64,000 nucleotides of DNA from NCBI RefSeq assembly GCF_006345805.1, contig NC_043014.1:40858001-40922000 (forward strand). The letters run 5' to 3'. This stretch comes from Octopus sinensis. Lineage: Eukaryota. The position numbers and the translations under genes are program-made. Under the pieces are notes generated by a model. The model was not told where the DNA came from. It did not search any database and saw only the letters and a list, made by a program, of their open reading frames with translations. Of the stretch, positions 1 through 11,075 are shown piece by piece (position 1 is the first letter of the stretch; every line of letters starts with the position of its first letter).

Positions 1-867
1 CCCGAAAGAAAGCTGTAGGATTGAACCCGGAACCATGTGGTTGGGAAGCACATTTCTTACCACACAACCACTCCTACGCTTATTGTTCGTAAACAGAAAT
101 TTTCTGTGCTCTTTTAATTAATTTACCTACTTTCCATATAGACGATAGCTTTATATATATTTCCCCATCTAATTGTTGTGTAAACGTTGCAAATGCTTCA
201 CTCTCTACTTCTTTAACTTTCAAATTTAGTTTGGCAGCTTCATATCATATCTTTCCATCCTTTTCTAATTAAATTCTGTTATCTATACTGTATTCTCTCA
301 TTTTATGACCATACAACTTTTAATCACATTGCAGATTTTAGTCTTCGTCTTTTCTTATGCTTTTATTTCACCATCTATTTAAATATTCCTTCTAATTTAT
401 CTCGCTCTTATGTTATGGCGTTTGTGATTTCTTTTGTATTGTCTCTCTGGTTTCTTAACATTTTCTTTCTGTAATAATGCATCTCTTACTTCGCGATAGC
501 ATTTGAGTGAAGTCATACATTGGAAAACTGTTGGAAGCCTGATTAAATTTTTGAGATTAGTCATTTACTAGTACAGATGGAGACATTCTTAGACTGTTGA
601 ATGCTTTTTTTGCTTTTTGTCAAATACAATTTTTTTTGTATGTTTTTTCGGGACACATAGTGAAAAATTGATATTAAACTGTTGGAGGTGTTGATTTATA
701 TACTTACGGAAAAAAAAAAATAAACGCTAAGGGGGCGGACATGCACATACACACGCAGAGTTTAGTTAACAGTCTAGAAAATGTTACTAACAGTAGAGAA
801 AGCCTATTTTGCCAAGAAAATGTTGGGGCTAGAAAAAAGTAGCAGTTAAGGATATGTTTATGTGAAA

Positions 868-1020
868 AAGAGTGGCTGTGTGGTAAGTATCTTGCTTACC
901 AACCACATGGTTCCAGGTTCAGTCCCACTGCGTGGCACCTTGGGCAAGTGTCTTCTACTATAGCCTCGGGCTGACCAAAGCCTTGTGAGTGGATTTGGTA
1001 GACAGAAACTGAAAGACGCC

Positions 1021-1069
<49 letters not shown>

Positions 1070-1312
1070 TATATATGTATGTATGTGTATGTATATGTTT
1101 GTGTGTCTGTGTTTGTCTCCGCAACATCGCTTGACAACCGATGCTGGTGTGTTTACGTCCCCATCACTTAGCAGTCCGGCAAGAGAGACTGATAGAATAA
1201 GTACTAGGCTTACAAAGAATAAGTCCTGGGGGTCGATTTGCTCAACTAAAGGCGGGGCTCCAGCATGGCCGCAGTCAAGTGACTGAAACAAATAAAAGAA
1301 TAGAAGAATAAA
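868..1312 (+). mobile_element. tRNA-derived SINE, family A
   Basis: A-box-like TGGCTGTGTGG, B-box-like GGTTCAGTCCC, CCTTGGGCAAG core, internal (TA)n, tail CTCCAGCATGGCCGCAGTCAA..GAAACAA(G/A)TAAAAGA; many near-identical copies in the window. Confidence 0.9.
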
Positions 1313-2023
1313 GTTAACTCAGCATTATATATGTATTTCCCATGATATGGGAAATCTGGCCAGTGTGTTACTTGAATAATATAGGGATTTCCTCAAATAC
1401 TGGATTACTGAAAACATTTCCTATACAGCGATGATCATAAACAGTAAATATCGTACACATGAATCGCATTAATTTATTGAATTGTGCAGTCAGGCGTCAC
1501 ACTGGGAATGATTTGTGTTGACATTGGAGATCCGATGATGCTTTGATAGAGACAAGTAAATCTGGTATGTGTTCTCTATGGTACAAAGACTAGACAGAAT
1601 TAATATGAAGGAGAACTTGTCACTCTTCTCACCTTGGAATTTATGTAGTTGAAAACAAGTTTTTATATTAGTACCAGTAATGCCGCAGAATTTCATTGCA
1701 TTAAGCATTCTTTGTTGGTCTAACCTCTGCTTCTTCCCCATAGTTGAGTTCTAAAATATTTTCATACAGAAATTTGTACATGCTTGCTTACATAAATGCC
1801 TACTCTCATACATGCATTGATATGTTTAAAACATATACAAAATATATCTAATTTGCTGTAATGTTGGGGGTTATAGAATAGGCAGAGTCGTATGATTGAT
1901 GTTTCTGCTTATGGGAAAAATTTAGCCTGTGTGTAAATTCATGAGAAAGGCTCTAATGTAGTCACACTAGCCATCAAAGTAGCCATGAAACATATTCATT
2001 CAGCCTGCTAAAAAGAAATCTCC

Positions 2024-2251
2024 CTCTTTTACTCTTTTACTTGTTTCAATCATTTAACTGTGGCCATGCTGGAGCACCGCCTTTAGTCGAGCAAATCGAC
2101 CCCAGGACTTATTCTTTGTAAGCCTAGTGCTTATTCTATCGGTCTCTTTTTGCCGAACCGCTATGTTACGGGGATGTAAACACACCAGCATCAGTTGTCA
2201 AGCGATGTTGGTGGGACAAACACAGACACACAAACATATACACACAGATAC

Positions 2252-2322
<71 letters not shown>

Positions 2323-2490
2323 TATACGACGGGCTTCTTTCAATTTCTGTCTACCAAATCCACTCACAAGGCTTTGGTCGGCCTGAGGCTATAGTAGAAA
2401 ACATTGCTCAAGGGACCCACACAGTGGGACTGAACCTGGAACCATGTGGCTCGTAAGCAAGCTACTTACCACACAGTCACTCCTACGCCT
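2024..2490 (-). mobile_element. SINE family A
   Basis: Full reverse-complement copy with long internal (TA)n. Confidence 0.9.
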
Positions 2491-2508
2491 CAAATCACTT
2501 CTACTTTC

Positions 2509-2965
2509 TTAAACCTTTAGCATTTAAACTGACCATATCTGGCCAAAATATTCTATCTGTTGAATAATATAGATATTGCCTCAATTACTGAATTACAGAA
2601 AACATTTCCTAGATAATGATGATCATAAACAATAAATATTGTGGACATGAATCATATTAATTTATTGAATGTTGCTGTCAGGCATTACACTAGGAATGAT
2701 TCTTGTTGACTTTGGAAATCCGATGATGCTTTGATAGCAGTAAGTAAATCTAGTAGGTGTTCTCTATGGTACAAAAACTAAACAGAATTAATTAATGCTA
2801 AAACCAGCCAGATCTGACGTCTCACTCTTACTTTGCAATGTCATACTAAAAATAAATAATTACATCATCAGTTTTCAAAGCTGTGATGTAATGCAGATGA
2901 AATCAAAACAATGTGAAGAAATAAGCATTACATTTGACAGAGAAATCTGAAAACTAGAAGGTTAA
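2509..2965. mobile_element. piggyBac-like MITE (TTAA ends) carrying a ~230-bp insert
   Basis: TTAA at 2509-2512 and 2962-2965; end motif (c)cctttagcatt; body shared with copies at ~17883, ~29146 and ~52836-53527. Confidence 0.6.
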
Positions 2966-3091
2966 AAAAGGAAGGACACTATATTTGTATAAAAGGTGGA
3001 TTGGTACGGTTGGAGTGTCTTTGTTTCTAAGTTCATTGAATCAGGGCCGACATACGTCAGTGTGAACTGTGTGGTGCGTCATTTCTGGAGA

Positions 3092-3354
3092 ATCATCATC
3101 ATCATCGTTTAATGTTCGTTTTCCATGCTAGCATGGGTTGGACGGTTCGACCGGGGTCTGGGAAGCCAGGAGGCTGCGCCAGGCTCCAGTCTGATCTGGC
3201 AGTGTTTCTACAGCTGGATGCCCTTCCTAACGCCAACCACTCCGTGAGTGTAGTGGGTGCGTTTTACGTGCCACTGGCACAGGTGTGCCAGGGGAGTCTG
3301 GTAGCGGCCACGATTGGTTGGTGCTTTTTACGTGCCACCGGCACAGAAGCCAGT
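3092..3354 (-). mobile_element. Retroposon family C, (GAT)n tail
   Basis: Reverse copy of GGCACGTAAAAAGCACCC..GGAAGGGCATCCAGCTGTAGAAAC..CCATGCTAGCATGG..TAAACGATGATG. Confidence 0.85.
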
Positions 3355-3859
3355 GAAGTGGGGAAAATGTTTAGAGTGGGTTTTAGTGGGTGAGACACAA
3401 TAAGGATGATGAGAGGAAGAGAGAGATGATATTGTGTAAGCTTTATAATAGTTCTCAGCTGATTTATTGTCAGGAGCCTGGACTATATTATTAAAATTTT
3501 CTGATGGATCCAAACATTGCTAAGCTTTTATTTAATTTATTCTTTGTTTTCGCATGAGAGTAGTGGAAAATTGACAGAGTTAGAGCATTGAACAGAATAC
3601 CTTATGGTATTTGTTCTAGTTCTCTGCACACTGAGTTCAAATTCTACCAAGGCCAGCATTGCCTTTCATCTCTTTACAGTTGATAAAGCGCCAGCCATAT
3701 ACTGGATCCCAATTCCTCCTGTCTGTCTGTCTGGGTCAGCTATGTGCAGGGACCAGGAAAAGAGCAGTCACATCACAACTTCTCCAATCTTTTCACCACT
3801 ACTCCATGGAAATGACAAAACAGAATAACAGTAGTGAATGTTGTGGATCTTACCAATGG

Positions 3860-4430
3860 GCTAGTACCACATAAAAAGCACCCGTGCTAGTACCACATAA
3901 AAAGCACCCGTGCTAGTACCACATAAAAAGTACCCATGCCAGTACCACATAAAAAGCACCCGTGCTAGTACCACATAAAAAGCACCTGTGCTAGTACCAC
4001 ATAAAAAGCACCTGTGCTAGTACCACATAAAAAGTACCCGTGCTAGTACCACATAAAAAGCACCCGTGCTAGTACCACATAAAAAGCACCCGTGCTAGTA
4101 CCACATAAAAAGCACCCGTGCTAGTACCACATAAAAAGCACTTGTGCTAGTACCACATAAAAAGCACCTATGCTAGTACCACATAAAAAGCACCCGTGCT
4201 AGTACCACATAAAAAGCACATGTGCTGGTCCCACATAAAAAGTACCTGTGTTGGTCTCGTGTAAAAAGCACCCAAGCCGGTGCCATGTAAAAACTGCCCA
4301 TGCTGGTGCCATATAAAAATTACCCATGTTGGTGCCATGTAAAATGCACCTGTGCTGATAACATGTTAAAAACAATCATGCCAGTACCTCATAAAAAGCA
4401 CCCATGCTAGTACCACATAAAAAGCACCCA
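3860..4430 (+). repeat. 26-bp minisatellite (GCTAGTACCACATAAAAAGCACCCGT)n
   Basis: About 14 well-conserved units followed by degenerate units; runs directly into a family C body ending at ~4587. Confidence 0.95.
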
Positions 4431-4711
4431 GTATATTCTGTAAAGTGGTTGGCATTAGTAAGAACATCTAGCTATTGAAATCATGCTGAAACAGACAGTT
4501 GGAGTCTGGTGCAGTCTCTGGTTTGCCAGTTCCTGTTAAACTGTCCAGCCCATGCTAGCACGGAAAATGGACATTAATGATGATGATCCCCTCTAGCTTT
4601 TAAAATGAAGATTTTCATGGCTGCTTATTTGGGTTTTTTAAGAGAAATATTTAATGCTTAGAAATATTAAATTTCTAAATATCTCAGAGAGATATAAGCA
4701 GTAGTGGTACG

Positions 4712-5165
4712 ATAGATCAGTTGTATACTGTCAACTTAACGTGACAGTCCCATAAAGGGAATCACACCACCACTATTTAGCCCTAGGAAGCATCAACGCT
4801 TCCTGTCAGCCTTGACACATTTCCTGTGTCCTTATGTTTACAAGGGGGAGACAAGCACATCCACCCAGCTAAGCCTGCATCCAGAGTCTAGTTTGTGAGT
4901 CTTGCTCATCATCAGTCTGGAGTAGCATGGCTTGATAGCTGCAGATGCCTGTCTAGACCTTGTAAACATATATAATAAATCCAGTGAAATTAATCCACTG
5001 ATCACAAAAAACTTAGTCTCTGGATGCAGGCTTAGCTGGATGGGGGTGCTTGTCTCTCCCTTGTAAACATAAGGACACAGGAAATGTGTGAAGGCCGACA
5101 GGAAGCATTGATGCTTCCTAGGGCTAAATAGCAGTGGTGTGATTCCCTTTATACAACTGCTCTAT
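4712..5165. mobile_element. Foldback/MITE with ~140-150-bp terminal inverted repeats
   Basis: 4752-4890 is the reverse complement of ~5013-5152 (ATAAAGGGAATCACACCA..GCCTGCATCCAGAG) with few mismatches; outer atag.cagttgtata is also mirrored. Confidence 0.85.
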
Positions 5166-5920
5166 TTAATGCTTGTTCTTCTTTTGAACAAAATTTAAAA
5201 TCCTGGAAAAAAAAGTTACTTGTTGATGCACATAAAAAACATTCTTTGTGATATATGCTCAAAGTTTTCAGTTCTGCTTCATGATTTAATCTTTCGGAAT
5301 AAATTCCTGTAAGTCAGTATATGCATCAGGCATCGATTGAATATCCTATTCACTCTCTGTGGCCTTCTGAACTTTCTACTAACACTGCTTGCACAGAAAT
5401 TGCATTGAAATCAATCTGTGAGTTTGTAATACATATTAATTAGAAAGGGAAAAAAATAAATAAATAAATAAATAAATGACAAACAAACAAAAATATGAAG
5501 GCAGAACAAAACAAAAACAAACTGCTGCAGATGGATTGAAACAGAACCAATATAATAAGCAGTCTAGTGAGATTGTATCAGTATTTCAATGAGGAAATTT
5601 TCACTTTTTATTCTGTACAATTGCAAGCAGCATGCTTTATTTGTGATTACAATTATAAGACAAAATTCAACCAATTAAAATACTGTTAGAATTTTTTTTT
5701 TTTTAGTATTTTACATGCATTTTCATCAGCTAGTGTAGGTGGAAGGAATTTTTTTTTTTTTTTTTGTTAAATCAAAAAAACTATCTGCTTTGTGTCACAA
5801 CCACCCCCCTCATCCTTCTCTCATTACACAGATGCTTGCTTAAGTCTATGATACAGAGTGGAACCTATGTTATGACAGTCAGACAACTCTCCTTCTCAGC
5901 TTCAGTCCACATTTATATTT

Positions 5921-6332
5921 AACTAGCAGCATAGCCCGGCGTTGCCCGGGTATGTAAGAGCCCCTAGTAGGCAACGACTAATCCCAATCTAGTTCTTTCC
6001 CTCTAGGGAACGAAGGCGTATGTGTAGGTTGCAATGTCTTCTCTTCACTCGAATACTTCTATGTATACGATGTTCCTAGCTGTCTCCCAACAGAAAATGT
6101 GTTGCATATAAAAAGCTTAGATTCTCGACCCCATGTCGAATTTATCGATTTTTTTTCAAAACTGGGGGAACTTTTCAAAATTTTCGCTGCGTTAGTTTTG
6201 AATTATGACATTGGGCTATGTGTGTATCGAGTTTCATCAGAATCGGTTGAAAGCCGTGGTCAGGGTGAGGGTACAGCCTGACAGCCACACAGACACACAG
6301 ACAGAAAAACTGCCGTTTATATATAGAGAGAT
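5921..6332 (+). mobile_element. Non-autonomous Helitron/Helentron-like (DINE/HINE-type) element
   Basis: 5' AACTAGC followed by the GC hairpin CCCGGCGTTGCCCGGG; 3' acacacagac..TTATATATAGAGAGAT; inserted in T-rich DNA with no TSD; termini shared with 19884 and 63075. Confidence 0.65.
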
Positions 6333-6544
6333 TATAATTATCCAGCTGTGCTAGAATCCTGTCAATATAGCTTCTTTCTACATAACCTCTTTTCATTTTT
6401 ATGACAAAGTTGTTGTCGCTAAATTTACGAACTGTAACATTGTAAAGTTAATTGTTAGTCTTAATGATGACATGTGACCTAGTATTAGGGTCACATGTCA
6501 ACAATTACAAGGTCTTGGATTTGGCTCCTGGACCAAGCAGCATT

Positions 6545-6694
6545 CTCTTTCTCTTTTACTCGTTTCAGTCATTTGACTGTGGCCATGCTGGAGCACTGCC
6601 TTTTTAGTACTTATTCTATTTGTCTCCTTTGCCGAACTGTCAAGCAATGTTGGGGGACAAACACAGACACACAAATACAGACATACACATATAC

Positions 6695-6755
<61 letters not shown>

Positions 6756-7116
6756 TATACATATATGTGCAGGTGGCACGTAAAAAGCACCCACTACACT
6801 CGCGGAGTGGTTGGCGTTAGGAAGGGCATCCAGCTGTAGAAACACTGCCAGATCAGACTGGAGCCTGGAGCAGCCCCTGGCTCCCCAGACCCCGGTCGAA
6901 CCGTCCAACCCGTGCTAGTACGGAAAACGGACGTTAAACGATGATGATGATGATGACGGGCTTCTTTCAGTTTCCATCTACCAAATCCACTCACAAGGCT
7001 TTGGTCGGCCCGAGGCTATAGTAGAAGACACTTGCCCAAGGTGTCACACAGTGGGACTGAACCCGGAACCATGTGGTTGGTAAGCAAGCTACTTACCACA
7101 CAGCCACTCCTATGCC
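6545..7116 (-). mobile_element. SINE family A with nested family C element (6767-6956, +)
   Basis: Tail and head halves of family A are separated by a family C copy inserted in the internal (TA)n. Confidence 0.85.
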
Positions 7117-7407
7117 ATGTTGTGTTTCTGAGCAAGCCAATTCATTTCCCATTGCTCCAATCTACATGAGCACCAGCTAAGTGTTGATTGCAGTCCTCTC
7201 TCCTTCCAGCTGCCACATTCTTGTTGTGTTGGGCCAAAAGTAGGAACTTGAGAGGGTGTCTATGTCTGCTTATGACTACACAGGCATTTAAAACAAATTA
7301 GCAGAAGCCTGGTACATGGTATTGAGTTGTATTCATTTTCAAGTGACAACTATTGGGCTTAGTTCTGTTAATCTTATGGACACTTGATTTTTAGCTGTAG
7401 ATGTTAT

Positions 7408-7575
7408 AGGCACAGGCATGGCTGTGTGGTTAAAAAGCTTGCTTCCCAGCCATGTGGGCTTAGGTTCAATCAAACTATTTGTTTCCTTGGGCAAGTGTCT
7501 TCTACTATAGCCGCAGGTTGGCCAAAATCTTGTGAATGGATTTGGTAGATGGTAACTGAAAGGAGCCTGTTGGCT
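7408..7575 (+). mobile_element. SINE family A, 5' half
   Basis: GGCACAGGCATGGCTGTGTGG head through AACTGAAAGGAGCC. Confidence 0.75.
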
Positions 7576-7860
7576 ATATATATATATAGCCATATATATA
7601 TGAATATATATATGAGCCTGTTGGCTATATATATATAGCCATATATATATGAGCTTGTTGGCTATATATATATATATATAGCCATATATATATGAATAAT
7701 CAGCCGAAATTGCGAGGATAATCTGGTACTTGACTGAGGAAAGAAAACTTCGAATGACCCGTCCTTGTTTTCTTTGTATCGTCTATCTGGATATTTTGTT
7801 GTCCCTTTTTGTATCACCTAGCTGTCCAGATGTTTTGTATTCTTATCCCATTTTGTATTT

Positions 7861-7891
<31 letters not shown>

Positions 7892-8120
7892 TTATAGAGT
7901 GGCGTACGTACACTTTGGTCTCTTATACATACATACACACACACATATATATACATATATATATATACCCAACAGGCTCCTTTGAGGCTCATAACAGTAG
8001 TTTAGGCTGTAAATGATCTACATGTAGGATTTCAAATGATAGAAATATAGAAGCAATTATGCATATAAACAAATTAAATATAACAGCTTAGGTTTGATAT
8101 ACAATATATATATATATATA

Positions 8121-8318
8121 TATATAATATTAATTAGAGACAAAACCACTATTTTGCAAAACAAACAAGGAAAGACTTAATCAATACATAAAATTTTAAT
8201 AAAAAGTAAAAAAAACCGCCACTACAATTGTTTCATGTATTAAAATTTTATGTATTGATTAAGTCTTTCCTTCTTTGTTTTGCAAAATAGTGGTTTTGTC
8301 TCTAATTAATATTATATA
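8121..8318. repeat. Inverted repeat, 81-bp arms with 36-nt spacer, embedded in (TA)n
   Basis: 8121-8201 versus 8238-8318 are reverse complements with one mismatch. Confidence 0.9.
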
Positions 8319-8355
8319 ATATTTTACTATAAAATTGGATTTATTCCCTAATATT

Positions 8356-8404
<49 letters not shown>

Positions 8405-8892
8405 CATGCAAAATGAGAGAAAGCAAAAAAGACTGAAAACTTTCAGATGATAAATATTTAAGTATGAATATATAGATATTTATATTAATTGATAAAACTT
8501 ACACAGAGTACAAATGACAGAAAATTAAAGCGTAAGAAGTAACAAAACAGAGTGATTACTGCATCAAATTGTGTCCCTTTACATCAGAAAGTAACTTGGC
8601 CATTCAAGAAACGGTTTGATAAAATAAGTGCAAGCACTGATATGATTAACTACTAATCCTTGAAGGCCATTTCCCCAATGACAAAAACGAGTTTAAGAAT
8701 AAAATGTAAGTCATGTTATAAATAATTTATAGTATTGGAATATTCCTTTGTGACTTTATGGTGTTTTCTGGTGCATCTTAATTATTAGATTTTAATTAAC
8801 ATTCACACAACTTAGGTTCATCAATAGCTTTTATTGATACTTAACATAAACATTTATGAATTGTACATATTTATGGTACTTATTTCTTGTTG

Positions 8893-9481
8893 TAAGGCAG
8901 CGAGCTGGCAAAAACGTTAGCACGCCGGGCGAAATGCTTTGTGGTATTTCGTCTGCCCCTACGTTCTGAGTTCAAATTCCACCAAGGTCGGCTTTGCCTT
9001 TCATCCTTTCGGGGTCGATAAATTAAGTACCAGTTATGCACTGGGGTCAATTGAATCGACTTAATCCATTTGTCTGTCCTTGTTTGTCCTCTCTGTGGGT
9101 AGTAAAGAAATCAGTATTTCGTTTGTCCCTACGTTCTGAGTTCAAATTCCACCAAGGTCGACTTTGCCTTTCATCCTTTCGGGGTCGATAAATTAAGTAC
9201 CAGTTGCACACTGGGGTCGATGTAATCGACTTAATCTGTTTGTCTGTCCTTGTTTGTCCTTTCTGTGTTTAGCCCCTTGTGGGTAGTAAAGAAATCGGTA
9301 TTTCGTCTGCCCTTACGTTTTGAGTTCAAATTCTGCCAAGGTCGACTTTGCCTTTCATCCTTTCGGGGGTCGATAAATTAAGTACCAGTTACGCACTGGG
9401 GTCGATGTAATCGACTTAATCCATTTGTTTGTCCTTGTTTGTCCTCTCTGTGTTTAGCCCCTTGTGGGTAGTAAAGAAATA
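8893..9481 (+). mobile_element. SINE family B trimer
   Basis: Head GGCAGCGAGCTGGC plus three ~185-bp units; 18-bp TSD GGTACTTATTTCTTGTTG at 8875-8892 and 9482-9499. Confidence 0.9.
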
Positions 9482-10671
9482 GGTACTTATTTCTTGTTGC
9501 AAACTTCAATCTGGGACAGGATACTTTGCTAAGTTGGACATTGGTAGAATAGCTAGTACTAAGCACCGATCAATTTGTCTGAAGCAAGTGAGAGAGAGAT
9601 ACTTGCAGAGATAGCAGAACTTTTAAATATGCTTTGACCATTGATTTTTCTTTTGGAAGTAACATTCACAATAGAATTTTCTTTCTCGTTTTTACGTCTC
9701 ATCAGTTTTAATTAATTCATTAAAATTTCCTGTTTGGTTGCATCTCCGTTGCTAAAACTGAGTTGAGATTTCAACCTTGATTTATGTATATCTGCCCTGT
9801 TATGTCACTTAGAAATTTTTTGGTAAGGAATCTATAACAGTAGCTTTTTTGTGTACCTACTGCTATATCACTTCTTGGATTTTTTCTGTTTTGTTTTTTG
9901 TATATAATTAATTATAAGAACTTTTTATGTATCTTTTTATATCACTATTAGAATTTTTTTATGGAATCAATTAGAATAGTTTTAATTTTTTTTTAATTAA
10001 GTGTAATTAGAAACAGCAATTTGTACTGTTTCTATAGCATTCCTGTAGACAGAAAATACTTATTGTTTTTAAAACCACTTTATCGATGTTGTTTTTCTTT
10101 ATTGACTATTTCTGAGTAGTTTGGTGCAGTGATGTCAAAATTGTGAGAAATACCAAATTTCATTGGTTATAATTTAATGTATCTATCTTTCTAAATACCC
10201 AACACCCATCCATCTATCCATCCACCTATCCAACAATATACCCATCTAACCCACCTACATGCCCATGATAAAGAGATGAGTATAGAAGATTTTGATGCAT
10301 GCTGATGAGGTGTTTGTTTGCTGATAGCATACAAGACTGAGTTATTTGCTGCTGGGATCAGTGTCTATCTGAATGAGAAATTAAATATAAAGTGTGAAAA
10401 TCGTATATGTCACATAAAGAAAATATGGTATGTTATAGTTGCAGGTTTGGATGTATGGTTAAGAAGTTTGTTTCCCAATCACATGGTTTTGAGTTCAGTC
10501 CTTCTGCATGGCCTGGCTCTGGGTTGACCAAAGTTTTGTGAGTAGATTTGGTAGTCAGAAACTGAAAGAAGCTCGTGTGTGTGTGTGCGTGTGTGTGTGT
10601 GTGTGGTGTGTGTGTGTGTGTGTGTATCTGAGTATGTGTATATTTGTGTCTCCTTGTTTTGACATTGTCTA

Positions 10672-11075
10672 TCATCATCATCGTTTAATGTCCGCTTTCC
10701 ATGCTGGCATGGGTTGGACGATTTGACTGAGGGCTGGCAAACCAGATGGCTGCACCAAGCTCCAATCTTAATCTGGCAGAGTTTCTGCAGCTGGATGCCC
10801 TTCCTAACGCCAACCACTCCGAGAGTGTAGTGGGTGCTTTTACCTTCCACCGGCACGGGTGCCAGTCAGGCGGTACTGGCAACGACCTCAATCGAATGTT
10901 TTTACACGTGCCAGTAAGGCGATGCTGGTAATGATCACACTCGAATGGGGCCTTTTATGTGCCACCGGCACGGTAGCCAGTTAGCCGTTCTGGTAACGAT
11001 CACGCTCGGATGGTGCTCTTAGCACCCTACTAGCACGGGGCACAAGTGCCAGTATGGCGATGCTGGTAGTAATTG
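10672..11075 (-). mobile_element. Family C with long 5' tandem repeats
   Basis: (CAT)n tail, GGATGCCCTTCC, repeated GTGCCA.C/GGCAC units. Confidence 0.8.

Noticed and set aside
85-540. Purine-rich minus-strand stretch that looks like decayed coding sequence
   Set aside because: Stops in all frames and no motif I could assign; may be an old transposon but unsupported.
1490-1741. 83-aa minus-strand ORF overlapping the duplicated segment
   Set aside because: No recognisable domain, and substitutions between the two copies show no clear codon-position bias.
858-2456. ORFs with YIYI runs and recurring [15 protein letters not shown] or KVPRSGTEPGTMW peptides
   Set aside because: Read-through of family A SINE and (TA)n; the same peptides recur at every copy and resemble no protein.
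3860-4430. CRISPR-like appearance of the 26-bp array
   Set aside because: Units are contiguous with no unique spacers, there are no cas genes, and the context is eukaryotic.
7734-7757. CTGAGGA-AAG aaaa CTT-CGAAT hammerhead-like string
   Set aside because: GAAT instead of GAAA, and no convincing stem I or III.
8590-8640. RFDKI resembling the W(L/F)DK(L/I)RR end of MPPE1 exon 1
   Set aside because: No upstream GHW/ADxH motifs and no phase-2 donor; looks like a decayed SINE core.
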